From a bacterium (GTDB lineage: Bacteria; Patescibacteriota; Minisyncoccia; Phycocordibacterales; Phycocordibacteraceae): a stretch of 64,000 bases of DNA. Shown here in pieces: positions 18,305 through 26,780 of this stretch. Every line of letters starts with the position of its first letter. The first letter of the stretch is position 1. The stretch covers positions 91,024-155,023 of the forward strand of contig JAJZRL010000002.1 in assembly GCA_021802705.1 (NCBI GenBank), read 5' to 3'. A program made the position numbers and the translations under genes. A model generated the notes under the pieces. It worked only from the letters and a program-made list of their open reading frames with translations. It made no database searches and had not been told where the DNA came from.

Positions 18305-19441
18305 ATGCGCCTTCGAAGCTATCTTGCCATCGCCGTCTCGCTTGCTCTCGGGATCCTCGCCGCGATTTTCTCTTCCCAGATGACGCAGACCTATCACGTT
18401 TCTCCCGTGCCGTCGCTTTCGGTATCGTCCGACCATGCTACAGCTTCTCTGCCTGATTCGTCTGCAAAGTCGAGAACGAGCGTCGGATCAATAGCCTCAA
18501 GCCGGCCTGAAACCGGCCCTTCTCCCGCAAAGACAAAGGCATTGAGAGCGGAAACGTCATCGACGACAGCAAGGCAATCACCTTCGCCTTCTACGCCGTC
18601 CCTAACCGAAGAGGACGCGCTGAATATTTCAGCCTCGCGATTGCGGGCGGCTCTCGTAAACATCATCTGTTACGTGCCTGCAGGCAGCGGGCTCCACTCC
18701 ATTTCAGGAAGCGGCGTTTTTATTGATCCGAGGGGCGTTATCCTCACGAACGCGCATATCGCGCAATATTTCCTTCTTGCTGATCGGGGTGTTTCCTGTT
18801 CGATCCGATCGGGAACTCCCGCAAAAGGGCGATACGATGCCGCACTCATTTTCATCTCGCCGGAATGGATTCGCGCAAATGTCGGAGTCCTTACCGAAAC
18901 GGCTCCGAACGGCACCGGGGAATACGATTTCGCATTCCTCGCGGTGACCAAAAGCACGACAGACACCCCGCTTCCGGCGTCGTTCCCATCCATACCGATC
19001 GCCCAAACGCCGCCTACGCCGGGTACTCCTGTCGTTATCGCTTCGTACGGGGCGCAATTCCTCAATTCCGCCCAGGTTGAGTCCGCTCTCTTCCCTACGG
19101 TCGTTTTCGGTTCGGTTAAAGGCGTCTTCACGTTCAAGACCAATACCATCGACCTCATCGCGCTCGGCGGCTCGGCGGCCGCACAGGAAGGTTCTTCGGG
19201 AGGAGGCGTTGCGGACTCCTCCGGAGATCTCGTCGGCACCATCACGACGAGCACGGTCGACGGACCGACGTCCTCCCGCTCCTTGAATGCCATCACGGCT
19301 TCTTATATCCGTGCCGAGTACGCAAGCGAGACCGGACAAGCGCTTGATATCCTTCTTGCTAAGCCGACATCAAGCGCTATCGCCGATTTTGCTCCGCAGA
19401 TGCCCGCTCTCGAGTCGACACTAACCCTTCCCTTGCCCTGA
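18305..19441 (+). CDS. membrane-anchored trypsin-like serine protease
   Basis: N-terminal TM and Ser/Pro/Thr linker; GSGVFI, LTNAH, YDFAFL and GSSGG catalytic motifs. Confidence 0.85.
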   Translation: MRLRSYLAIAVSLALGILAAIFSSQMTQTYHVSPVPSLSVSSDHATASLPDSSAKSRTSVGSIASSRPETGPSPAKTKALRAETSSTTARQSPSPSTPSLTEEDALNISASRLRAALVNIICYVPAGSGLHSISGSGVFIDPRGVILTNAHIAQYFLLADRGVSCSIRSGTPAKGRYDAALIFISPEWIRANVGVLTETAPNGTGEYDFAFLAVTKSTTDTPLPASFPSIPIAQTPPTPGTPVVIASYGAQFLNSAQVESALFPTVVFGSVKGVFTFKTNTIDLIALGGSAAAQEGSSGGGVADSSGDLVGTITTSTVDGPTSSRSLNAITASYIRAEYASETGQALDILLAKPTSSAIADFAPQMPALESTLTLPLP

Positions 19442-19460
19442 TTTGTTCAAAAAATTAGTG

Positions 19461-19531
19461 TCGGGCCGCTGGGAATCGAACCCAGTCATCATCCTCCCAA
19501 AGGATGCGTACTACCGGTATACGACGGCCCG
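19461..19531 (-). tRNA. tRNA-Pro(TGG), no encoded CCA
   Basis: CGGGCCG acceptor stem, CATCC-TTTGGGA-GGATG anticodon arm, TTCGATT T-loop. Confidence 0.95.
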
Positions 19532-19593
19532 AAACCGCCTAGACTGAAGCGGAATGTCCCGCACTAGCGGATTCCTCAAGCATCCTAGCAGGT

Positions 19594-19989
19594 TTAGACG
19601 ATTTGGGGCAGATAGCGAACCAGCGCCTTCCCGTCTTTGCGTCGCAGCCATACGAGGCAGCCGTCCACCTGCCAGTCCCCTTCCCATCCCGTATCAAGGA
19701 CATACCATTCCCCCGTCCGAACGACTTTCCGTATCTTCGATTCGTGAAGATTAGATGACGGATCGTATTCGTCGTGCACGCGTTTGTCGTCAGGAAATTC
19801 GTCAACCAAAATCGTCTTTACTTCGACGAAATGCAGCGTGCCGGCTTCCTCTGCGACCACATCCAGCTCCCCTGTTTTCCGCGCGACATTGCGGTCGCGG
19901 ATACTGAATCCGTGTCGGCGCAGGTACTCGGCGACTGCCCTTTCCCCCAGAGCACCCACTTCTTTGCGAGTCTTAAAAGAAATGTTCAC
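19594..19989 (-). CDS. yraN: YraN family (UPF0102) nuclease
   Basis: GALGERAVAEYL...GELDVVA...LHFVEVKT, PD-(D/E)XK-type motif. Confidence 0.9.
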   Translation of the reverse strand: MNISFKTRKEVGALGERAVAEYLRRHGFSIRDRNVARKTGELDVVAEEAGTLHFVEVKTILVDEFPDDKRVHDEYDPSSNLHESKIRKVVRTGEWYVLDTGWEGDWQVDGCLVWLRRKDGKALVRYLPQIV

Positions 19990-20117
19990 GGCTTTTAGAA
20001 ATATGGCGTATTTGTTCAGTATACTCTAGGACCGTCCCGAAAAACCGATAATCGACACGTGTCTTTTATCCCCAATATGAACATGTTTATCAACACTTTG
20101 CCATAGAAGTTTTTTAA

Positions 20118-20149
20118 AGCAAAAACGGCTCTTTTGAGCCGTTTTTGCT
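20118..20149. terminator. hairpin downstream of tRNA-Gly(GCC)
   Basis: Perfect inverted repeat AGCAAAAACGGCTC-TTTT-GAGCCGTTTTTGCT. Confidence 0.7.
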
Positions 20150-20181
20150 AAAATCAACGGAACAGTCTCTGTAGCTGTTCA

Positions 20182-20255
20182 TGGTGCGGATAGGGAGAAT
20201 CGGACTCCCGTCTCGTCCTTGGCAAGGACGCGTTCTACCACTAAACCATATCCGC
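20182..20255 (-). tRNA. tRNA-Gly(GCC) with CCA
   Basis: CGTCC-TTGCCAA-GGACG anticodon arm; T-loop reads TCCGATT; ends in ACCA. Confidence 0.95.
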
Positions 20256-20382
20256 GTTAGACGCCATGATAGCATATATCATCCCATTCCTCTATCGTTT
20301 CGCCTCAAAATTGAGCAATCGAACACAAACGAGCCGAAAAGCCATAGCGAGCAAAGCGAATACCGGTAATTTCTAACCCATA

Positions 20383-20457
20383 TGGTGCCCCGACCAGGAA
20401 TCGAACCCAGAATTCGACGTCCGAAGCGTCGCGTGATATCCGTTTCACCATCGGGGC
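20383..20457 (-). tRNA. tRNA-Arg(TCG) with CCA
   Basis: GCCCCGA acceptor stem, CGACG-CTTCGGA-CGTCG anticodon arm, TTCGATT T-loop; ends in ACCA. Confidence 0.95.
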
Positions 20458-20494
20458 GTACATCAAATACTACGACACATGCTAGTATCACGCT

Positions 20495-21958
20495 ATGCAT
20501 TTCCATATCCCGAAGGAAGTCGCTCCTGTTGCAGAGACGCTCCGGAAAAACGGGTTCGAGGCCTATCTTGTAGGCGGTTGCGTACGCGATCTGCTTATCG
20601 GCCGAGAACCAAACGATTGGGATATAACGACAAACGCGAACCCTGAACAAATCCAAGGCCTATTTCCTGACTCTTTTTACGAAAACGATTATGGCACCGT
20701 TGGCGTGAAAACAGGCTCTGCTAACAAGCGGACCGAAATCATCGAAGTCACGCCTTACCGTATCGAGTCCGATTATTCAGACAAGCGCCGCCCAGACAAA
20801 GTCGAATTCGGCTCATCTCTTCTTGAAGATCTCGCTCGTCGAGACTTCACCATAAACGCGCTCGCGCTCGATGACTCTAAAGGACATCTCGAAGATCCTT
20901 ACAACGGACAAAAGGACATAAAGGACAAAATGATACGGGCGGTCGGGGCGGCAAAGGAACGCTTTAACGAAGACGCTCTCCGGATGTTACGCGCAGTCCG
21001 TCTCGTTGCCGAGCTTGGTTTTGGTATAGACGGCGATGTCGCTAGCGCAATAAGCGAAAATAGAGCGCATTTAAATAATGTTTCACGTGAAAGAGTTCGG
21101 GATGAACTTATCAGGATTTTAAATTCGAGCCGGCCCATGGATGCCCTGGTACTCGCCCAGCAACTCAATATTCTCGAATTCATCGCCCCAGATCTTATCC
21201 GCGGTATCGGTATTGAACAAAATCAAGCCCATAGCTATGACGTTTTTGGGCATCTTATGCGAACCATGCAGCATGCGGCTGATAAGGGCTGGAGTTTCGA
21301 AACAAGACTTGCCGGGCTTTTCCACGATGTTTCTAAGCCAGAAACTCGTCGCTGGTCAGACGAGAAGAAAGACTGGACTTTCCATGGGCATGAAGTCGTT
21401 GGTTCACGTGTAACAATGAAGGCACTCGAAAATTTGCGCTTTTCACGTGAAATAATAGAAAAAGTCGTAAAACTCGTTCGCTGGCACATGTTTTTTTCGG
21501 ATCCTGATCAAATAACGCTTTCCGCTGTCCGGCGTATGATAACTAATGTTGGAGAGGAAAATATATGGGATCTTCTCAATCTTCGTATTTGCGATCGCAT
21601 CGGTACCGGACGTCCGAAAGAACAACCTTTCCGTTTTAGGAAATATAAAGCCATGGTTGAGCAGGCGCTCAGAGATCCGATTTCCGTAGCAATGCTCAAG
21701 ACAGACGGGAGGCATATCATGGAAAGGTTTCATGAGAAACCGGGACCAAGGATAGGTTGGGCACTTAATGCTCTTCTTGAAGAGGTACTGAGTGACCCAA
21801 AAAGAAACGAATTGTCATACCTTGACGGAAGAACTGAAGAAATGCTTCAAATGCCTGACGAATCTTTAAGGGAACTTGGAGATTCTGGAAAAAAGAAAAG
21901 GGAAGAGATGGAAGATGAAGAAGTAAGGAAGATATTGGAAAAGCATCACGTTTGCTAG
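20495..21958 (+). CDS. cca: CCA tRNA nucleotidyltransferase with HD domain
   Basis: LVGGCVRDLL...DWDITT, EDLARRDFTINA, EDALRMLRAVR and FHDVSKP motifs. Confidence 0.93.
   Translation: MHFHIPKEVAPVAETLRKNGFEAYLVGGCVRDLLIGREPNDWDITTNANPEQIQGLFPDSFYENDYGTVGVKTGSANKRTEIIEVTPYRIESDYSDKRRPDKVEFGSSLLEDLARRDFTINALALDDSKGHLEDPYNGQKDIKDKMIRAVGAAKERFNEDALRMLRAVRLVAELGFGIDGDVASAISENRAHLNNVSRERVRDELIRILNSSRPMDALVLAQQLNILEFIAPDLIRGIGIEQNQAHSYDVFGHLMRTMQHAADKGWSFETRLAGLFHDVSKPETRRWSDEKKDWTFHGHEVVGSRVTMKALENLRFSREIIEKVVKLVRWHMFFSDPDQITLSAVRRMITNVGEENIWDLLNLRICDRIGTGRPKEQPFRFRKYKAMVEQALRDPISVAMLKTDGRHIMERFHEKPGPRIGWALNALLEEVLSDPKRNELSYLDGRTEEMLQMPDESLRELGDSGKKKREEMEDEEVRKILEKHHVC
21079..21094. promoter_or_regulatory. 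parS site (ParB binding) inside cca
   Basis: TGTTTCACGTGAAAGA, 15/16 match to TGTTTCACGTGAAACA. Confidence 0.8.
21400..21415. promoter_or_regulatory. parS site inside cca
   Basis: TGGTTCACGTGTAACA, 14/16 match. Confidence 0.7.
21439..21454. promoter_or_regulatory. parS-like site inside cca
   Basis: CTTTTCACGTGAAATA, 13/16 match with a perfect 12-bp core. Confidence 0.65.
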
Positions 21959-22070
21959 GTCTTTTCGGAGAGACAAAACAAAAGACCGCACGGTAAGTTG
22001 AGAAAAAGGAGCAGGGGCGTACATGATGGGTCTCAACTCGGGGATTGTGCGGTCTTCGTTTCTAACGAGT

Positions 22071-22086
22071 GCTTTCACGTGGAACA
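22071..22086. promoter_or_regulatory. parS site in the cca-xth intergenic region
   Basis: GCTTTCACGTGGAACA, 14/16 match to TGTTTCACGTGNAACA. Confidence 0.7.
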
Positions 22087-22260
22087 TCGTGCTTTTTTAT
22101 AGCGTAGTGCGGATTCGCCGCAAACCCGTTTGCAGATGACCGTGTTAGGCACACAGAGATCGAAAGAACTCTCAAAGAGCAACTAAGGGAAGATCCTTGC
22201 CGAAGCAACTACCGTTCCCTGTATACCATCGTAAATCTATAAAGGACATTGTAAAGGACA

Positions 22261-22269
22261 TTATCCACA
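22261..22269 (+). promoter_or_regulatory. DnaA box
   Basis: Perfect TTATCCACA in an intergenic position. Confidence 0.55.
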
Positions 22270-22275
22270 GGTCCT

Positions 22276-23043
22276 TTATGAGAGAGATATGGAAAGAGGG
22301 CAGTGGTCCGATCCGTAGACGTCCGCCGCGATGTCTGATTTTTTCACGCGTCTCATGTGTTCGTTCGCTACGAAAAAATAGTCAATACGCCAGCCGACGT
22401 TCCTATCGCGGGCATGCGTTTTCTGATCCCAGTATGTATACGCTCCTGTAACGCGGGGATGGAAGTGGCGAAATGAGTCGACATATCCAAGACTTACGAC
22501 CTCGTCGATCCACGCGCGTTCTTCGGGAAGGAAGCCGGTATTTTCCTCGTTTTCCTTAGGTCGTGCGAGATCGATCTCTTCGTGCGCCGTGTTTACGTCC
22601 CCGCAGAATATCACCGGTTTTTGTTTCCGGAGATTCTCTATAAACGGCAGGAACGCATCATAAAAACGCATCTTATAGTCAAGCCGTTCGGGTCCCTGCC
22701 CGCCATTTGGAAAGTAGACATTCAGGAGCCAGAAATCTTCGTATTCCGCGCCTATAAGCCGGCCTTCCTGGTCGAACTCTTTTATACCCATGCCGTACAG
22801 CACGTTTAACGGTTCTATTTTCGAATAGAGCGCGACACCGCTGTAACCCTTCTTCTCTCTCGAAGATGAGAAAAAAGATGAAAAGCCTGCTGGCGAGCGC
22901 AACTCGTCGGAGAGTTGTTCCGGGGTCGCTTTTGTTTCCTGAAGGCAGAAAATGTCAGGTTTCAACCGTTTCAGGAACGTGTCCCAGTAGTTTTCTTTTG
23001 CGAGCGAGCGCAAGCCGTTTACGTTCCACGAGACGATCTTCAT
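22276..23043 (-). CDS. xth: exodeoxyribonuclease III
   Basis: MKIVSWNVNGLR, CLQETK, KGYSGVA, CGDVNTAH, GWRIDYF and GSDHCP motifs. Confidence 0.96.
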   Translation of the reverse strand: MKIVSWNVNGLRSLAKENYWDTFLKRLKPDIFCLQETKATPEQLSDELRSPAGFSSFFSSSREKKGYSGVALYSKIEPLNVLYGMGIKEFDQEGRLIGAEYEDFWLLNVYFPNGGQGPERLDYKMRFYDAFLPFIENLRKQKPVIFCGDVNTAHEEIDLARPKENEENTGFLPEERAWIDEVVSLGYVDSFRHFHPRVTGAYTYWDQKTHARDRNVGWRIDYFFVANEHMRRVKKSDIAADVYGSDHCPLSISLS

Positions 23044-23140
23044 ACGGTTAGTATTGTATACGATTGCGCAGGAATGGTGCGTGCACTCAGCGTGACGGAC
23101 GTTGTTCAAAAAAGGACGCTCTCATGACATCCGGCCCGCC

Positions 23141-24040
23141 TCACGAGGATCGTTTCCGGCTGTGGTATTTCTTATGTATTTCGCGCAAGCGCGCGTCAGT
23201 GATATGCGTATAGATCTGTGTCGTGTTGATGGAGGCATGGCCCAAAAGCTGCTGCACCGAGCGGATATCGGCTCCGTTGGTGAGGAGATCCGTGGCGAAA
23301 GAATGACGGAGCACGTGCGGCGTGACCTTCCGGGTTATGCCCGCCGCGACCGCACGCTGCTTGATGATACGTTCGACAGAGCGGGGAACAAGACGGGACG
23401 GCGCGTGCGCACTTGTCCGGATGTTGACGAAAAGCGCGTCTTCCATGTCTTTGCGTATGGCAAGGTACTGTGTGACGGCATGTTTTGCCGCATCGGAAAG
23501 GAATACGACCCGCACCTTGTCCCCCTTGCCGCGGATCGAAAGGGCATCCTGGGAAAGGTCGATGTCGGTATCGAGCGCGCAGAGCTCCGAAACACGCAGC
23601 CCGGTGGAAAACAGCATCTCAAGTATCGCCTTGTCGCGCCGATCCCTTTCTGTCGCCCCGTCGGCAGATTTCAAAAGACGGTCGAGCTCGACCGGGGTGA
23701 TGAGATCAAGTTCGCGCTCCGGCAGCTTCGCAAGCTCGATACGTTCGGGCGAGAGGCAGGAAAGTCCGCGTTTGCGCGCAAACTTGAGAAACGCACGCAG
23801 CGCGATCATGTAGTAGTTCTGGGTGCGCCGCTTCATCGTGTTTTCTACGCCTGGTTGGCGGTTTAACCATTGGCGAAATTCGCGTACGCGTTCCTCGCTG
23901 ATGTCGGCAATGCTCTTGATATCCATGCGCGTGAAAAAACGGGTCAGATAACGATCGTAATTCTCGATGGTTTTTATAGCGCGACCGCGCTCTATCTCGA
24001 TGTATTCGAGGAATTGCCGTTTCAGTGTCTCCGCTTCCAT
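23141..24040 (-). CDS. XerC/XerD-family tyrosine recombinase
   Basis: TGLRVSEL, GKGDKVR, HVLRHSFAT and LLGHASINTTQIYTH motifs; start at MEAETLK. Confidence 0.93.
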   Translation of the reverse strand: MEAETLKRQFLEYIEIERGRAIKTIENYDRYLTRFFTRMDIKSIADISEERVREFRQWLNRQPGVENTMKRRTQNYYMIALRAFLKFARKRGLSCLSPERIELAKLPERELDLITPVELDRLLKSADGATERDRRDKAILEMLFSTGLRVSELCALDTDIDLSQDALSIRGKGDKVRVVFLSDAAKHAVTQYLAIRKDMEDALFVNIRTSAHAPSRLVPRSVERIIKQRAVAAGITRKVTPHVLRHSFATDLLTNGADIRSVQQLLGHASINTTQIYTHITDARLREIHKKYHSRKRSS

Positions 24041-24137
24041 AGCCGGTAGGGAAAGTATAGCTCGAGCGGGTGATGAATGTGCGACATACCGGACGCACTT
24101 GCGGATTCGAGTAAGGCGTGGTAAGGTGGTATTCTCT

Positions 24138-24404
24138 ATGCTTACCGCTAAGAAAAAGGCGACCACTATAAAAAACGTCGCACGACATGCCGCCGATACC
24201 GGTTCTCCCGACGTACAGGTCGCGCTTCTCTCGAAACAGATCGACGAGCTCGCGAAACACCTCAAGAAGAACCCGAAGGACTTCCATTCCCGTCGAGGAC
24301 TTCTTCAGATGGTCGCCGACCGGCGCGCGCACCTGCGTTACCTTGAGACAAACGACAAGCGCCGCTACAACGCGCTCATCAAGAAACTCGGTTTGAAGAA
24401 ATAG
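24138..24404 (+). CDS. rpsO: 30S ribosomal protein S15
   Basis: DTGSPDVQVALL and KDFHSRRGLL motifs. Confidence 0.96.
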   Translation: MLTAKKKATTIKNVARHAADTGSPDVQVALLSKQIDELAKHLKKNPKDFHSRRGLLQMVADRRAHLRYLETNDKRRYNALIKKLGLKK

Positions 24405-24525
24405 CTTTCCTCACGAAAAGGCGGCAGAACGTCGGGCGCTTTTCAATCGTTCGTGGTAAGATACGAGAGTCGGCATTACGTTCGGCTATGTTCGTTTTTA
24501 TACATTTTACAGAAGCATCTATTTT

Positions 24526-25041
24526 ATGGCGGTTATCAAACATCCAGCTCAACGCGTAGGGGTATTCATTGATACGCAAAATCTCTACCACAGCGCAAAG
24601 CATCTCTATAAAGCGAGAGTCAACTTCAGCAAAATCCTCGAAGAGGCGGTCGGCGGGCGCATCCTGGTGCGCGCTATCGCGTATGTCATATCGACGGAGA
24701 GCGGGGAAGAGAAGAATTTCTTCGAAGCGCTCACCAAGATGGGCATAGAAACGAAGGTAAAAGACCTCCAGATATTCGCCGATGGCGCGAAGAAAGCCGA
24801 CTGGGATGTCGGTCTCGCTATCGATGCGGTCAAGCTCGCCCCGAAACTCGATACCGTCGTTCTGGTAACCGGCGACGGCGACTTCGTTCCGCTTATCCAG
24901 TATCTCGATATGCACGAAGGATGCCAGGTCGAGGTGATTTCTTTTGGAAAATCCTCTTCAAGCAAGCTGAAAGAGGTTGCTCATGCGTTCACTGACCTCT
25001 GCGACGATCCTCAGAAATTCGTTATCAGCTCGCGCGGATAA
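24526..25041 (+). CDS. NYN (LabA/DUF88) domain protein
   Basis: VFIDTQNLY, KADWDVGLAID and LVTGDGDFVPL motifs. Confidence 0.92.
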   Translation: MAVIKHPAQRVGVFIDTQNLYHSAKHLYKARVNFSKILEEAVGGRILVRAIAYVISTESGEEKNFFEALTKMGIETKVKDLQIFADGAKKADWDVGLAIDAVKLAPKLDTVVLVTGDGDFVPLIQYLDMHEGCQVEVISFGKSSSSKLKEVAHAFTDLCDDPQKFVISSRG

Positions 25042-25082
25042 CCCCATAGGCAACGCGTGCTATGGGGTATGATGTTTCTTGA

Positions 25083-26354
25083 ATGGACACGAAAACCCCG
25101 GTACCAAACTCCCTTCCGGAGAAGGAGTCGCTGAAAAAATACATCCGTACGTTCGAGAGCGACATGAACATCCTTAAGAAAGGAGGTGTTCCTAATCTCG
25201 TTCCTCTCGGAGAAAACAGCACCGAACAACCGGTTGAACCGTCTGTTGTTGAAGAAAAGCCGGTTGCGCCGCAACCTTTTCCGGCAATAAAAATTGAAGA
25301 AACTCCGCCTCCGCCTCCGCCTCCGCCTCCGCCTCCGCCTCCGCCTCCGCCTCCGCCTCCGCCTCCGCCTCCGCCTCCGCCTCCGCCTCCGCCTCCGCCT
25401 CCGCCTCCGCCTCCGCCTCCGCCTCCGAAACCGGTTCAAAATCGAGCGCAATCTCGTTTGTCAAGTGTGGACGAGGAAAAGAAACCCTCACCGCTCCAGA
25501 CGTATGCAAGCGATTTTTTCGATCGCGTAAAGAAGACGCGCGCTTCGACCATGACAATACTCGCTGCACAGCAGGATTCGGCGCCGGAACCCCCTCAACC
25601 CCCTCGTCCTCCGCGGGATTCGCATGGTTTGCGGTACGTCATCGCCGGTGTTGTGTTGCTTCTCGTGAGCATCGCAGGCGTCTATGCCGCCTATCTTCGG
25701 TACGCGGTCAATTCTGGGCCGGTTATGATTGCGCCTTCCGTTTCAGCGCCGATATTCGTCGATGAACGCGAACAGGTTTCGGGCACGGGTCCTGTCTTGA
25801 TGCAGGCGATCGAGCGTTCGGGCGCCCGCACTCTCGCTCCCGGAGCGATCAGGCTCCTCTACCTTCAAGACGCGACGACGACCGGCGACAACGTTTTCCT
25901 TTCGCTCGGTCTTCGTGCGCCCGGCATCCTCTTGCGCAACGTGAACGCGTCCGGCGGCATGGCAGGCATCATAAACGCCGGCGGGACGCAAGATCCGTTT
26001 TTCATCCTTTCCGTCGCTTCTTACCGCGACACGTTTGCGGGAATGCTCTCGTGGGAACCGACGATGCCGGACACCATGGCGCTGCTCTTTCCTCCTTATC
26101 CGCTTACAAGCGCCTCTTCGACGACAACAGCCACCAGCACGTCTTCTTCGACGAGTACGCAGCAATATAGCGCCACCCCGCCAGGTTTCCGTGACGAAAC
26201 CGTTGCTAACCATGATGTGCGTGTCTACCGTTCTGTCGAGGGCAGAAGCATCATTCTCTACGGCTACTGGGACCAAAGGACGCTCGTTATAGCAAGAAAC
26301 ACCGCCGCATTCACTGAAATACTGCAACGGCTTGCGACGTCGCGCGCCCAATAG
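25083..26354 (+). CDS. single-pass membrane protein with a 41-proline tract
   Basis: 423-aa ORF with one TM (YVIAGVVLLLVSIAGVYAAY); poly-Pro lies N-terminal to the TM. Confidence 0.8.
   Translation: MDTKTPVPNSLPEKESLKKYIRTFESDMNILKKGGVPNLVPLGENSTEQPVEPSVVEEKPVAPQPFPAIKIEETPPPPPPPPPPPPPPPPPPPPPPPPPPPPPPPPPPPPPPPPPKPVQNRAQSRLSSVDEEKKPSPLQTYASDFFDRVKKTRASTMTILAAQQDSAPEPPQPPRPPRDSHGLRYVIAGVVLLLVSIAGVYAAYLRYAVNSGPVMIAPSVSAPIFVDEREQVSGTGPVLMQAIERSGARTLAPGAIRLLYLQDATTTGDNVFLSLGLRAPGILLRNVNASGGMAGIINAGGTQDPFFILSVASYRDTFAGMLSWEPTMPDTMALLFPPYPLTSASSTTTATSTSSSTSTQQYSATPPGFRDETVANHDVRVYRSVEGRSIILYGYWDQRTLVIARNTAAFTEILQRLATSRAQ
25305..25427 (+). repeat. perfect microsatellite (CCGCCT)20 + CCG
   Basis: Counted directly: 20 hexamers at 25305-25424 plus CCG. 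Confidence 0.97.
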
Positions 26355-26381
26355 CGCTTTCCGTTCTGATATCATGGCCGT

Positions 26382-26729
26382 ATGGAAATCGAACATGCAC
26401 GACAAAAGCTTGAAGCAGAAAAGGGAAAGCTCGAAGTAGAAATGGGAGGTATCGGGCGGAGGAACCCCGCCGTTCCAAACGACTGGGAATCAGTGCCGTC
26501 TGAAACCGGATCCGAGCCGGACATGGCGGATCAGGCCGACGTCATCATCAACCGCGAGAATAACGCGGCTATCCTTTCCGAGCTTGAGGCGCGGTACGAT
26601 GTCATCCTAGCCGCTCTCTCGAGGATAGAGAAAGGGACGTACGGGAAGTGCGAGGTTTGCGGAAACGACATAGAAGAAGATCGGCTCGAGGTCGATCCTG
26701 CGAGCGCCACCTGTAAGGCGCACCGGTAG
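26382..26729 (+). CDS. DksA/TraR family zinc-finger protein
   Basis: DMADQA coiled-coil tip motif and GTYGKCEVCG...RL...P...TCKAH. Confidence 0.88.
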   Translation: MEIEHARQKLEAEKGKLEVEMGGIGRRNPAVPNDWESVPSETGSEPDMADQADVIINRENNAAILSELEARYDVILAALSRIEKGTYGKCEVCGNDIEEDRLEVDPASATCKAHR

Positions 26730-26780
26730 CCGGTCGTTGCACTGATGTCTCTTTCGCCGCGGAATCTTGTTTCAGGAGGG

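Noticed and set aside
21959-22275. Definitive oriC call
   Set aside because: There is only one perfect DnaA box, no obvious unwinding element and no dnaA in the window, and GC skew was not computed. Kept only as a candidate.
23141-24040. Tyrosine recombinase as a phage or ICE integrase
   Set aside because: It is about 300 aa and XerC/D-like, flanked by housekeeping genes, with no cargo or att sites.
25011-25569. Poly-Arg, poly-(LR) and poly-(AE) ORFs; possible CRISPR array
   Set aside because: These are other-frame readings of the CCGCCT microsatellite. There are no spacers and no cas genes.
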